A DNA stretch of 64,000 nucleotides from Candidatus Parasutterella gallistercoris (GCA_019113195.1 DXHW01000042.1:7750-71749); one strand, 5' to 3'; shown: positions 10,801 to 20,356, counted from the first letter of the stretch. The notes: generated by a model from the sequence alone, not told the origin. Translations and numbers: made by a program.

Positions 10801-11245
10801 CTGAATCATCGCCGATCTCAAAGTCGTAGTTCCCTTTTGAAGAAAAGACAAAGTCTTGCAGGATTCGCTGGCAAAATCCGTGAATAGTAAAAATGGCAGC
10901 GTCGTCAATCTTATTGAGCGCCGTTTGCAGTTTTTCAAGAATTTCTGCCGAACAATATTTCTTTTCTTCCCAGCTATCCAGCAGATCGTTGAAGCTGCCG
11001 TTCTTCTTCAGTCTGATTTGTTCAATGAGTTCCGTCAGGTTGCTGCGCAAACGAGATGACAGTTCATCGGTGGCCGCATTCGTGAATGTCACAACCAAAA
11101 TCCGATCCAGCTCAATCCCTTTCTCGACTAAAAGCCTGAGCAGCACCCGCATCAAGGAATACGTTTTTCCGGTGCCGGCGCTGGCTTCCAAAAGCATGTG
11201 CCCCTCAATCGGCGTTGTGGCTGCATCAAATTCTTTAAAAAGCAT
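7820..11245 (-). CDS. recB: Exodeoxyribonuclease V beta subunit (RecB)
   Basis: EASAGTGKT, DEFQDTD, GDPKQSIYRFR and LLYVAMTRA motifs; C-terminal nuclease motif GSIDL...IDWKTN. Confidence 0.93.
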   Translation of the reverse strand: MLFKEFDAATTPIEGHMLLEASAGTGKTYSLMRVLLRLLVEKGIELDRILVVTFTNAATDELSSRLRSNLTELIEQIRLKKNGSFNDLLDSWEEKKYCSAEILEKLQTALNKIDDAAIFTIHGFCQRILQDFVFSSKGNYDFEIGDDSDAKDKALTTFLRTNLPKAYPTCPTEQLSLARDIPWADILSTAAGLSRTKPLTQQMKLMKDSEHEPEEETNQFFNTFIDQATTLYEKNKKDERLFTFDDLLIEAEERIVKDPEFTKAIQNLYGAALIDEFQDTDPIQYSIFKHLFLDDPEGSKPVIFVGDPKQSIYRFRNASLETYLLAKNEINNLYQLVKNYRSTPGIIAGVNEYFNPEGKGPDGGFLNQALTYSPVQFNKKKLPLLLEKNGKLEPLPSFAFWSNADTKALSNAEALRDMEAIAIAEEIESLLKENVLYEGRRLRPSDIAILVAKRFHADKVIEQLRKRGIRTLRSSNENVLCSKEAHELKSVLEAMYDPRDTRLVAAAQATRIFGDSLNDLLNNDAASAQARLLLENSAKIYEKRGIIAAVSNLFAGAKTEERLLQYGGERALTNYQHILELLHQQHNTIDNLQGLLRWLKQEQKKNNDSYTLRRETDSDVVRVETIHSSKGLQYPVVYYLDRPISFSKSQEFRDDATGVITFYETEQKAPDDFVEKSYEESMRLLYVAMTRATARVVLPYFFKKTKSGAPHGSVGGKYPLAQAISGETSGGMAIINGLNRLREALSPKEASAREVRKALLEGISEHNKNNAHPLMLSEKALNAYSPFDIRFDFEPGKFSDFEVSIREQIEHLDLRAGRGDRQNRSWISSSFTSLLRTMEAQDSAVITDETEASESEEPVAASKEEDILEVLKGSQSAAEFGTKVHELLEKIFDKNFHNWKLRVYKFLDDRFKGYVAPETEERKAEIETKTEEFFENLFEAKILPSTPGFHLAQLFKNLKDCRPELKFMLSVGAPIKGRERLTASLLAETLTAFDSRYKDFHLSELDMRGYLTGSIDLAFAADGKYWVIDWKTNKIDYRNNAPELYTPEAVDALMKNNHYELQLTLYLVALKRMLEVRLNLPEGEGYKVIGGAIYCFLRGINKEGRGTYFERPKDGLIECLDDFLKNGFSRELLESRAKGAA

Positions 11246-11256
11246 AAATACTCCGA

Positions 11257-14200
11257 TTAAGGTTTAAGTTTCTCAACGAAATCAATTAGCGCTTTGATTG
11301 CTTCGGAAAGGTAGATGTCTTTCTTTTTGCCATCTCCTTTGAGGAGTTTGTAGTAATCGCTGAGTTCTTCTTTGAGAGCTGTGGATAAATCAGCCGCTTT
11401 CCGTACGTTTTCCTCTGAAACACCTTGCCAAAGCAGGGCATCATCCGAGGCATTCATTCCCAGTGCGTGCCTGCAGTGACACTCAAATAACTTCAAGAAA
11501 GCTTTAAGCGGTTCGCCGCCGTGGTTCTGAATAATCGAAGAGTAAGAAATACTGAAATGATCTGTGTCTGAACTATCGTTAAAGACAAGCAAATCGTATG
11601 GCTCTCCTGCCTCCGTCCAAATAATTTGACGCAATAGTTCACGATTTTGTTCTGATCCAGAGCAAAAAACGCCGAGCTTGACGCGCAAGGTCTCGCCTTC
11701 CGTTTTCCAAAGGAAGAGATCTGTTTTGTCCGTGAGGCGACGGACGTATGTCGATATTTCAGGCGGAACTTGATAGTCAAGCGTCGCAGAGACAGTTGTT
11801 AGAGTTTCAGTCTCCATAAATTGTTTTCTTGCGGCATATGCCTCGGTAACTTCTGAGGCTTCAAAGCTGAGAACTGCACGCCGGACGCTTTCGATGCCGT
11901 ACTTAGGATTAAGGGCCAGAAGGTCGAGCGCCTCTTTGTCGGAGAAGTTGTTCTCAAGCAAAGAAAGAAATTTTCGGCTGACGGTTGAGTGCATGAGCTT
12001 GTCATCTTTGGCAGGGACGATCATTCTTTCGTCGGCTTCGAAGTCTGATGATTCAAGTTTGAGCAAGTTAGCTGTCCACTCATCGTAGGATGTCAGAAAC
12101 TTTATGAGGAAATTAACCTGCAGTTCCCGAAGCTTGGAGTTCTGCATCGTTTTGGGAAGTTTCTCATCGGGAATCCCTGTGTTGGCGAACATGGATTCCT
12201 TCGCATCGGGGTTCCTGTAGGCGTGCTCGATTGATTCGAGAACGTCTTTCCGCGGGCTCTTCCAGAAAAGGTTGTTTTCCCGTTTTTCTAGGGATTTCGG
12301 TTCCTCTAAGAAATTTCTCATGGAAAAGCGATTTAAAGGAACCTTTGTAACGATGCTCTTCCATAGTTCGTCAGCCTTTTCCTGAGCAGTGCCGTCCTCC
12401 ATTCCCACGCTCATGGCATGAGAAAGGAAGTAATTTTTGAAGTTATCAATGACAAGCGACGGATTATTTTCGCTTTGCGGCTTCGTTCCGATTGTGTAGG
12501 AAATCAAAAGGTTTTCCCGAGCGCTGAGAAGCGTGTCAAGGAAGACAGCGTTATTGTCTTTTCTCGCGTCTCGGTCACCGCGGCGCCGGTGGTCCTTGGT
12601 TAAGTCAAATTCTTCAAATTTCGGTGTTCCCGGGAACCCGCTTTTCTCATCAAAACCCAAGCAGCAAATGACCTTGTAGGGAATACCTCTTGCCAGCGAA
12701 ATGGATGTGAATGTCATGGTCCCGGAGCTTGTCACCTCGCGTTTTGTTTTGGAGAGTTCGCTTCTCAGCTCGCTTAATACAACATCGAAGCTGACCGGTT
12801 TTTCTGTGCCGTCAAAAGCGGCGGTCAGACCTTTGCAGACTGTTTCAATGATTTCTGTGAAGTTATAGGATTCCTCAGGATCGCAGCTGCTGCCGAAGAA
12901 ACGGTTTTTCATGTCCAGAAGCGATTCTCTCCAGCCCTCTGCCGGAAGTGCAAAATCGCTGGCGAGCAGTTCGCGGCGCTGATCGGCAAGGTTCAGGTAA
13001 AGCTGAGAAAGCGCCTGAATTAAACGACCCGAGTCGTCGGAAACAGTGTCAAAGCCGGCTTCTTCGTCGCCGCGGATAGGAAGCACCTTCTTAAATGGCA
13101 GGGGAGAGGCCTCATCAAGGAAGAATCCGAGCGAAAGCCGTTCCATGGCGTCTTGAAGAGACGTGTCTTCATCTGTGAAATTAAGCGCTGCAAGCTGCTG
13201 GTGATCGATTCCGACAGAGTACCCGGCGGAATAAAGCCAAGTTTGGATGACAGAGATATCGTCCAAAGAGAAGCCCCACTGCTGCTGAACGGGGAGTTTT
13301 TCTAGCCAAGCAAAGAACTCTCTGGCGGAAAAATCAGACATCAAGAGCTTGCCTAAGCCCACAAACGCATCCGCGAGCGCGTTCTGCTTTTCTTCGCTGA
13401 GACCGATGATCTTCCAAGGAATGAAAAGATCCTTCGGCAGTGATGCCATGACGCCTTCGATGACGGGAGCTGCCTTTTCGATGTCTGGGACCACGACCAA
13501 AACATCGGATGGTTTAAGGACGCGCTTTTTATCCGTGAACCAGTTCTGGAGAATATCGATGGTCGCTTCGACTTCTCGGACGAAAGAGGGCGCTTTAAGG
13601 ATACGAAGACTGACGTCGTTCTCATCAGGCTCAGTGGGCAGAAGTGTGCTGTCCATTCTAAGAATGGAGTTTTGGAAGCTATGCAGGAATGACTTGGAGG
13701 GGTACTCTAAATACGCAGAAGCTGATTCAGCACTAACCTTGGTTTTAAGTTCTTCTTCGGGGTTTTCAAAAGTTTTTTCTGTGCTTAAGAAATTCCGAGA
13801 TCCGGGTTGTTTGACGGACGCATTCTGACGTTTCTTTTTTGCCTCCTCTGAAATATCTGTTTCGATCGCTGAAGCTTCCTCCTCAGAGAAAAGGAAGCTG
13901 TCCAATCTGTCAATGGCGGCTCTCGTACTTGCTGCATTTGTCAGTAGGTAGTTCAGGCAGCTGTTGTCGACTTTGAAATTTTCTGACCAATCGAACTGCG
14001 CTTTCGGTACGGACTCAAACCAGTATTCGGCACATGGATTAAGAATGTACAGATTAAGTTCTGCCGGGGAATCTTCATAGGCTCGAATCAGAGGCAGTAA
14101 GTTTGGCGGAATCGAGAACGGCAGGAAAAGATGAATCGGCAGGCTGTCTTCAACCGGCTTGTTCTTGCGGATTCGTGTAATGGTATTTTCAAGCCAACCG

Positions 14201-14814
14201 AAGATTTTTCCCCTGTTGTCAGCGCCGGTTTGTTCGATTAATTCTTGCCAAAGACGTTTTTGCCATAAAAAGTCAGAGTTTTCCTTCAGCCTCGCTTCTT
14301 CGATCTTTGCATTCGGCGCCGGGAGCGGGTTGTTAAGTTCAAACTTTTCTAACGCCCACTGCTGCAGCCAATCAAAACGATAAGAGCCGTAGGTAATGAA
14401 GACCGTGTTCAGATGGCGGGCAAACTCCAACACACCCACGGGGTCCAACGTCTGAATGTATTCATAAAGACGCTTTTCTTCTTTAGGAAAGGTCTTTTCG
14501 GTTTGCTTTTGCCTCAGGATCTCGTAAAAAGTCCAGTCCATGACCTGGGAAGTCTCAGTGTTAGAAAGAGACTGCCCGAGAACTTTGAACATCCAGCTGG
14601 CGACGTTGGAGAATTTAATTCCCGGCGTTGCGCCGAAGTGATCGGCTAAGAAGCGGTTGAGGTTGTCCTCGACCATCGTCGTCGGGACGATAACTTCGAT
14701 TTGCTCAAAAAAGGAGGCATTCCTGTTTCGCAGGTCCTCCAGATTAAAACCGATTTTTGTGGCAAGAACCGTCCGAAGAACTTCGAACGAGTTCGAATAA
14801 AAAGTAGAAATCAA
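11257..14814 (-). CDS. recC: Exodeoxyribonuclease V gamma subunit (RecC)
   Basis: N-terminal YSN..E.L, LNPCAEYW, DVLVVVPDIE and RGIPYKVICCLG motifs; recC-recB-recD order. Probable TTG start at 14814 after GGAGG. Confidence 0.88.
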   Translation of the reverse strand: MISTFYSNSFEVLRTVLATKIGFNLEDLRNRNASFFEQIEVIVPTTMVEDNLNRFLADHFGATPGIKFSNVASWMFKVLGQSLSNTETSQVMDWTFYEILRQKQTEKTFPKEEKRLYEYIQTLDPVGVLEFARHLNTVFITYGSYRFDWLQQWALEKFELNNPLPAPNAKIEEARLKENSDFLWQKRLWQELIEQTGADNRGKIFGWLENTITRIRKNKPVEDSLPIHLFLPFSIPPNLLPLIRAYEDSPAELNLYILNPCAEYWFESVPKAQFDWSENFKVDNSCLNYLLTNAASTRAAIDRLDSFLFSEEEASAIETDISEEAKKKRQNASVKQPGSRNFLSTEKTFENPEEELKTKVSAESASAYLEYPSKSFLHSFQNSILRMDSTLLPTEPDENDVSLRILKAPSFVREVEATIDILQNWFTDKKRVLKPSDVLVVVPDIEKAAPVIEGVMASLPKDLFIPWKIIGLSEEKQNALADAFVGLGKLLMSDFSAREFFAWLEKLPVQQQWGFSLDDISVIQTWLYSAGYSVGIDHQQLAALNFTDEDTSLQDAMERLSLGFFLDEASPLPFKKVLPIRGDEEAGFDTVSDDSGRLIQALSQLYLNLADQRRELLASDFALPAEGWRESLLDMKNRFFGSSCDPEESYNFTEIIETVCKGLTAAFDGTEKPVSFDVVLSELRSELSKTKREVTSSGTMTFTSISLARGIPYKVICCLGFDEKSGFPGTPKFEEFDLTKDHRRRGDRDARKDNNAVFLDTLLSARENLLISYTIGTKPQSENNPSLVIDNFKNYFLSHAMSVGMEDGTAQEKADELWKSIVTKVPLNRFSMRNFLEEPKSLEKRENNLFWKSPRKDVLESIEHAYRNPDAKESMFANTGIPDEKLPKTMQNSKLRELQVNFLIKFLTSYDEWTANLLKLESSDFEADERMIVPAKDDKLMHSTVSRKFLSLLENNFSDKEALDLLALNPKYGIESVRRAVLSFEASEVTEAYAARKQFMETETLTTVSATLDYQVPPEISTYVRRLTDKTDLFLWKTEGETLRVKLGVFCSGSEQNRELLRQIIWTEAGEPYDLLVFNDSSDTDHFSISYSSIIQNHGGEPLKAFLKLFECHCRHALGMNASDDALLWQGVSEENVRKAADLSTALKEELSDYYKLLKGDGKKKDIYLSEAIKALIDFVEKLKP

Positions 14815-14871
14815 GAGAGGACCCTCCAAAAAGGGAAAGCCGACGATTTAAATTTGTTGTGAGTTGCTGAG

Positions 14872-15594
14872 TCAGGCTTTTTTCAGCGGCGGCACGCGCA
14901 CACAGAAGGTATAGGCGTAGTCGCCGATGGCATCGAGTTTGTAGCGGGCACCGCGCAGAAGCACGTAGAAGACACCTTCCTTATCAACTAAGAAGTTGGG
15001 GTGTACTTCAAGATCGTTTTTCTGGGCATAGTTTTTAAAGTCTTCTTTGGATTCTTCGACAGTCTTACCCGGAGTTTGATAAACACCGACTAAGAAATGA
15101 TCATCGAAGTAATCGTTGGGAATGTCCAAACGGTCGTAGATCGAGACGGCTTCAATGCTCTCAATGGTTCGAATCTGTTTTCCGACGAGTGTGTCGGAAA
15201 CAACCTTTTCCAGTTTGCCGGGAATGGCCTGGATGTCCTGTCTCTTTCCGACGCAGACGAGCGCAACGGTAATTTCTCCGTCTTCCGTGTCGCAGCTTGA
15301 AGTGTCGCGCGGGAAGCACTGCACCTGGCGGACACCGACGCACTCTAATCCCATGACAAGCAGAAACTCCTCAGGGAAATAAATCTGAGAAGCAAAAGAC
15401 GGGTGCATTGTGATGGTGATTTGAGCTTTATTGTCAGGGCATGCAGAAGCTTCAAGATCTTGGACGTCGTTCCAGGTCTGACGCGCCTGTTCACTCAATA
15501 CTTTGACGTTGTCTTCAAAATCGTAGGGAAGAACGGACAAGTCCAGCTGCGTCTGACGCTCAGACAGGTTGTAAGCACTAATATTGGTCGTCAT
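14872..15594 (-). CDS. Hypothetical 240-aa protein resembling the N-terminal pro-region of IetS-like S8 peptidases; no catalytic domain
   Basis: Motifs ACP..., TMHPS....FP, GLECVG.R.V, T..L...GKRQ, F.VG and F..YA.....VH recalled from S8 peptidases paired with AAA ATPases. ATG 15594 overlaps the end of ruvB. Confidence 0.65.
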   Translation of the reverse strand: MTTNISAYNLSERQTQLDLSVLPYDFEDNVKVLSEQARQTWNDVQDLEASACPDNKAQITITMHPSFASQIYFPEEFLLVMGLECVGVRQVQCFPRDTSSCDTEDGEITVALVCVGKRQDIQAIPGKLEKVVSDTLVGKQIRTIESIEAVSIYDRLDIPNDYFDDHFLVGVYQTPGKTVEESKEDFKNYAQKNDLEVHPNFLVDKEGVFYVLLRGARYKLDAIGDYAYTFCVRVPPLKKA

Positions 15595-16618
15595 CGAATA
15601 AAAACCCCAAATCTTTATGTTTTCTATCGAGCCCGAAATGGCTGTATGCGCGTGGTGTAGCCACGCGTCCCCTTGGTGTTCTCTGAACAAAGCCTTCTTT
15701 GATCAGATAAGGCTCGACCATGTCTTGAAGCGTATCAGACTCTTCGCCGACAGCGGAAGCCAGGTTTTCGATACCGACGGGACCGCCTTGGAACTTCTCA
15801 ATGATCGCGAGCAGGAACTGGCAGTCGAGACTGTCTAAGCCGATTGGGTCAACTTCCAGCATCGTAAGAGCGTCTTTTGCGATCTGCTCGGACAATTGGC
15901 CTTGATGACGGACTTCAGAAAAGTCACGAATACGTCGAAGCAATCTGTTTGCGATTCGAGGCGTACCGCGGGAGCGTCTTGCGATCTCACCGGCTGCGCC
16001 TTTGTCTGCGGGCATGTTCAGCAGGTGCATGGAGCGCAGCACGATGGTGGTCAGATCCTCAGGCGAGTAATACTGAAGCTGAGCTCGAATGCCGAAACGA
16101 TCCTGCAGCGGCTTGGTCAATGAGCCGGCTCGCGTAGTCGCACCGACAAGCGTGAAATGCGGTAGATCAATTTTGATCGAACGGGCAGCAGGGCCTTCGC
16201 CGATCATGATGTCGAGTTTGAAGTCTTCGAGGGCCGGATAAAGAATTTCCTCTACAACCGGGGAGAGACGATGGATTTCGTCAATGAAGAGGACGTCATG
16301 AGGCTCCAAGCTCGTGAGCATTGCAGCCAGGTCACCTGCCTTTTCAAGGACAGGGCCGGAGGTTTGACGAAGTTTGACGCCGAGTTCGTTGGCGATGATG
16401 TTTGCCAGAGTTGTTTTACCTAAGCCCGGAGGCCCGAAGAGCAAAACATGGTCCAGGGCCTCGCCGCGGTTGCGCGCAGCCGTAATGAAGAGATCGAGCT
16501 GCTCACGAATCCCGTCTTGGCCGGCATAGTCTTTGAGACGTGTCGGACGAAGGGCCTTGTCGATAACTTCTTCTTTTTCTTTTCTTTCAGAGGAAAGAAT
16601 CGAATTGCTGTCCGCCAT
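15578..16618 (-). CDS. ruvB: Holliday junction branch migration helicase RuvB
   Basis: [25 protein letters not shown] and [13 protein letters not shown] motifs. Confidence 0.98.
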   Translation of the reverse strand: MADSNSILSSERKEKEEVIDKALRPTRLKDYAGQDGIREQLDLFITAARNRGEALDHVLLFGPPGLGKTTLANIIANELGVKLRQTSGPVLEKAGDLAAMLTSLEPHDVLFIDEIHRLSPVVEEILYPALEDFKLDIMIGEGPAARSIKIDLPHFTLVGATTRAGSLTKPLQDRFGIRAQLQYYSPEDLTTIVLRSMHLLNMPADKGAAGEIARRSRGTPRIANRLLRRIRDFSEVRHQGQLSEQIAKDALTMLEVDPIGLDSLDCQFLLAIIEKFQGGPVGIENLASAVGEESDTLQDMVEPYLIKEGFVQRTPRGRVATPRAYSHFGLDRKHKDLGFLFDDDQY

Positions 16619-16621
16619 GGA

Positions 16622-17191
16622 TTAACCTTTCTGAGCAAGTTGACGCAGGCAGAGACGAATGCCTTCGGAGGCGTCGGCATCGGCAGGGACGTTTTTCGCA
16701 GCGCCGCGAGCTTCGCGTTCGCTGAAACCCAACGCAACCAAAGCCTGAATGACTTCTGTCTGAACGGAAGAAACCGTGGGCACAGAAGTGACGACCATCT
16801 TGTCCTTCAGCTCAAGAACGAGACGTTCGGCCGTTTTCTTACCGATGCCGGGAACCATCGTCAAAAGTCCGACTTCATTATTGGCAATAGCGTTGCCGAT
16901 GTCTTCTGCGGACATAGAGGAGAGCATGGCCAGCGAAATTCTCGGACCGATGCCGCTGACTTTCAGAAGCTGGCGGAAAACCGATTTTTCCTGAGCAGTC
17001 AAAAAGCCGTAAAGAAGCTGAGCGTCCTCGCGGACGATCATGACGGTTTCCAGAAACACCTCTTCGCCGATGTTCGGAAGATTGTAGAAAGTGGACATCG
17101 GGACATCGATCTCGTAGCCCAGTCCGCCGCATTCAACAACAACTTGCGGAGGATTTTTTTGAAGAATCTTTCCTCGAATAGTTGCAATCAT
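16622..17191 (-). CDS. ruvA: Holliday junction branch migration protein RuvA
   Basis: VREDAQLLYGF, VSGIGP and VPGIGKKTAERL motifs. Confidence 0.97.
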   Translation of the reverse strand: MIATIRGKILQKNPPQVVVECGGLGYEIDVPMSTFYNLPNIGEEVFLETVMIVREDAQLLYGFLTAQEKSVFRQLLKVSGIGPRISLAMLSSMSAEDIGNAIANNEVGLLTMVPGIGKKTAERLVLELKDKMVVTSVPTVSSVQTEVIQALVALGFSEREARGAAKNVPADADASEGIRLCLRQLAQKG

Positions 17192-17194
17192 TAT

Positions 17195-17800
17195 TTAAAC
17201 CTTTCCTTCATAACGTTTCGTCCACTCGTTTCTTGAGCGGCGAGCACTTGAGCCTCTGCGGGACACACCGGTTCCGCTGCTGCCGGCCTTGGTTCCGAGT
17301 GTCGGTACGAGGCCGAGCAGGATACTGGAGCTGCCGTAGCAGATTGCGGTTGCCAGGGCATCCGACTCGTCCGGACTGAAGCGCGTGTCCTCAAGCTTCA
17401 GATGCCTTAGAACCATTTGCAGCACTTGATCTTTGTCAGCGGCGCCGTAGCCGGTCACGGACTTTTTTATCTCGCGAGTGCTGATTTCTTTGCATAGGAT
17501 AGAGTGACATGCGACAGCACACATCGCAGCGCCTCTTGCGTGCGACAGCAGCATGCTGGACTGAGCGTTCGTATTCAAGAAAGTTTTTTCAATCGAAGCG
17601 ACATTCGGATGATGCTCCTCGATCAAAGCCGACAAGGACTTAAAAATGAATCCAAGCCGGTCAGAAAGCTCGCCTGCCGGTACATTCAATACGCCGGAGG
17701 CGACATAGGTGAAATGACCGGGCACAAAATCCACAAAACCGTAGCCGGTGTGATTCAGACCCGGGTCAATTCCGAGAATACGAACAGCCTTTTGGCTCAC
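17195..17800 (-). CDS. ruvC: Crossover junction endodeoxyribonuclease RuvC
   Basis: ILGIDPG, IKKSVTGYGAADKDQV and DESDALA motifs; GTG start overlaps the ffh stop. Confidence 0.95.
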   Translation of the reverse strand: MSQKAVRILGIDPGLNHTGYGFVDFVPGHFTYVASGVLNVPAGELSDRLGFIFKSLSALIEEHHPNVASIEKTFLNTNAQSSMLLSHARGAAMCAVACHSILCKEISTREIKKSVTGYGAADKDQVLQMVLRHLKLEDTRFSPDESDALATAICYGSSSILLGLVPTLGTKAGSSGTGVSRRGSSARRSRNEWTKRYEGKV

Positions 17801-19185
17801 TAGAAGCCTCCGCCCATACCCGGGAAGCGGCCGCTAAGGCTTCTGAAGGCGCGCATCATTTTGCCCATGCCGCCTTTTTTCATCATCTTCATCATTTCGC
17901 GGCTCTGCTCAAACTGTTTGAGCAGACGGTTGACTTCCTGAACGGTGGTGCCGGCGCCGGCAGCGATTCTGCGCTTGCGGCTTGCTTTGATGATTTCGGG
18001 TTTTCTGCGCTCATGCGGTGTCATCGAATTGATGATGGCTTCAGTACGGGCGAGCTGTTTTTTAGCCTGTTCGTCGTCAACCTGACCGGCGGCCTGGGCG
18101 AACTGTGCCGGGAGTTTCTCAATTAAGGAGGAGAAACTGCCCATGTTCTTGACTTGAGCAAGCTGATCCTTGAAGTCTTCGAGCGTGAAATCGTCGCCCC
18201 TGCGCATTTTTTCAGCGAACTTCTGGGCCTTTTCGATATCCACGTTCTTGCGGACTTCATCGACAAGAGAAACGATGTCGCCCATGCCGAGGATTCGGCC
18301 GGCCATGGCCTGCGGATCAAAGCGCTGGAAGCCGTTGAGTTTTTCGCCCACACCCATGAATTTGATGGGCTTGCCGGTGACCATGCGGACGGAAAGCGCC
18401 GCACCGCCTCGGGAGTCGCCGTCGACCTTGGTGAGAATCACGCCGGTGAGCGGGAGTTTCTCGCCGAAGGCTTTGGCAGTGTTGACCGCGTCCTGACCGA
18501 CCATGGCGTCGACCACGAAGAAGGTCTCGATCGGATTCAAGAATTTTTCCAGATCGCTGACCTCATTCATCATCTGTTCGTCGATCGCTAAGCGACCGGC
18601 CGTATCGACGATGAGTACGTCGTAGTAATGAAGCTTTGCGTATTCGAGGGCCTTGCGGGCAATGTCGAGCGGTTTTTCGTTAGGGGTGCTCGGGAAGAAA
18701 TCGATGTTGGCTTGCTGAGAAACCGTTTGCAGCTGATCAATAGCGGCAGGACGATACACGTCGGCGGAAACGGTCAGAACTTTTTTCTTCTTTTCTTCTT
18801 TAAGCCATTTACCGAGCTTACCGGCGGTCGTCGTTTTACCGGCACCCTGGAGGCCGGCTAACAGGATGATTGCGGGAGGCTGAGTGGCGAGATTGATCTC
18901 GCGAACATTTTCAGGATCCTCTCCGCCGATTACTTTTGTTAATTCGTCGTGAACAATGCCGACCAATGCCTGGCCCGGAGTCAGGCTTGTCTGAACTTCG
19001 GTACCGAGGGCTTTTTCTTTAATTCTTGCAATGAGATCTTTGACCACGGGAATGGCAACGTCTGCCTCAAGGAGGGCAATACGAATTTCACGCAGCATGT
19101 CCTGCATGTTGGATTCGGTCAGACGAGCTTGTCCGCGAATGGTTTTGACGACTTTGGTAAGACGCTGAGTAAGAGAATCGAGCAT
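17800..19185 (-). CDS. ffh: Signal recognition particle protein Ffh
   Basis: GLQGAGKTT, DTAGR and TKVDGDSRGGAALS motifs; Met-rich M domain. Confidence 0.98.
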   Translation of the reverse strand: MLDSLTQRLTKVVKTIRGQARLTESNMQDMLREIRIALLEADVAIPVVKDLIARIKEKALGTEVQTSLTPGQALVGIVHDELTKVIGGEDPENVREINLATQPPAIILLAGLQGAGKTTTAGKLGKWLKEEKKKKVLTVSADVYRPAAIDQLQTVSQQANIDFFPSTPNEKPLDIARKALEYAKLHYYDVLIVDTAGRLAIDEQMMNEVSDLEKFLNPIETFFVVDAMVGQDAVNTAKAFGEKLPLTGVILTKVDGDSRGGAALSVRMVTGKPIKFMGVGEKLNGFQRFDPQAMAGRILGMGDIVSLVDEVRKNVDIEKAQKFAEKMRRGDDFTLEDFKDQLAQVKNMGSFSSLIEKLPAQFAQAAGQVDDEQAKKQLARTEAIINSMTPHERRKPEIIKASRKRRIAAGAGTTVQEVNRLLKQFEQSREMMKMMKKGGMGKMMRAFRSLSGRFPGMGGGF

Positions 19186-19252
19186 TACATTAATTCAAAG
19201 GAAAGAGTTAAGTCATACAATACGATCAACTATATAAAAAAGAGTCGTAACG

Positions 19253-20086
19253 ATGACATTGAATGCCATATTTTACGTTTTTGCGGCCGTATTGTATTTA
19301 GCCGCAGCCTTCGGAATTTACAAAACGTTGCAAGAGCCTGAACCTACGGAGAAATTCTGGATTCGCCCCCTGATTTGCGCGGGTCTTATGATCCAGGCTT
19401 ATCTGATTTACGAGGCTTTGTTCCTGTACGGGACTCCGCACTTCGGAATGGCGCTTGCCTTGACGATTACGCTGTTCACCTGCACGTTCCTGCTGCTCTT
19501 GGAAAGTTTCTTCTCCAAGATCGGCGCCATGCTGGTTTTTGTTCTGCCGCTCTCTGCGGTCAGCATGCTTCTTCCGCTTCTGCTGCCGGGCTCTCCCCTT
19601 GAGCCCGAAACCGCGAGCGGTCCTTTCAGACTGCATCTGCTTCTGGCGATTCTCGCTTACAGCGTGATGACGATGGCGCTTATCCAGGGACTTCTCTTAA
19701 TGGCCGTCCATAAGAGAGTTCGGTCTAAGGACTTTATTTCTCAGGACGGCGCAAAGCACGTCAATATCTTGGACAACATGCCGTCTATGATGGAAATGGA
19801 GAAGATCCTTTTCCGTCTGATCTGGGTCGGATTCATTGTTCTGACCGCTGCGATTCTATTCGGCGCTGTCTATTCACAGGAACTTTTCGGCCAAGCCTTC
19901 CGTTTTGACCACAAGACTGTCACCACCTGCATGGCCTGGTTCATTTTCGGAATCCTGCTTCTCGGACATCATCTCAGAGGCTGGAGAGGAAAGTTTGCCG
20001 CCCTTTGGACCGTTATCGGCTTCTGCGTTCTGATGGTTTCTTATATCGGCGTTCGCTTTGTTATGGAAGTTGTTCCGGGAGCCTAA
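19253..20086 (+). CDS. Cytochrome c assembly (CcsA/YpjD) family inner-membrane protein
   Basis: About 8 TM segments; HK and GWRG motifs; divergent from ffh, like ypjD. Confidence 0.85.
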   Translation: MTLNAIFYVFAAVLYLAAAFGIYKTLQEPEPTEKFWIRPLICAGLMIQAYLIYEALFLYGTPHFGMALALTITLFTCTFLLLLESFFSKIGAMLVFVLPLSAVSMLLPLLLPGSPLEPETASGPFRLHLLLAILAYSVMTMALIQGLLLMAVHKRVRSKDFISQDGAKHVNILDNMPSMMEMEKILFRLIWVGFIVLTAAILFGAVYSQELFGQAFRFDHKTVTTCMAWFIFGILLLGHHLRGWRGKFAALWTVIGFCVLMVSYIGVRFVMEVVPGA

Positions 20087-20089
20087 GTC

Positions 20090-20356
20090 ATGTCCAGGAT
20101 CATTTTCTTCGTACTGATCATTGCCGTTATTTACTTTGCCTGGCGCTCTATGCGTTTAAAGCAAATTCAGCTTGAAAAACGCCTGGATAAACAGGAAAAA
20201 GCCAACCTTGCGGAACACAAAAACGATATGCCGGGCGAAAAGATGGTTTCGTGCGCCAACTGCGGTTTGTATGTTCCGATCAGTGAAGCCATCTACAGCA
20301 ACGGGAAGTACTATTGCAGCCGTCAGCACGCAATGAAAGGCCCGAAGGCGCACTGA
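20090..20356 (+). CDS. PP0621-family small protein (TM helix + Cys motif)
   Basis: N-terminal TM; MVSCANCGLYVP..EA....YYCS..H motif. Confidence 0.8.
   Translation: MSRIIFFVLIIAVIYFAWRSMRLKQIQLEKRLDKQEKANLAEHKNDMPGEKMVSCANCGLYVPISEAIYSNGKYYCSRQHAMKGPKAH

Noticed and set aside
15595-15690. Longer 272-aa start for orfX given by the ORF track
   Set aside because: It would overlap ruvB by more than 100 bp; ATG 15594 fits the recalled homologous N-terminus better.
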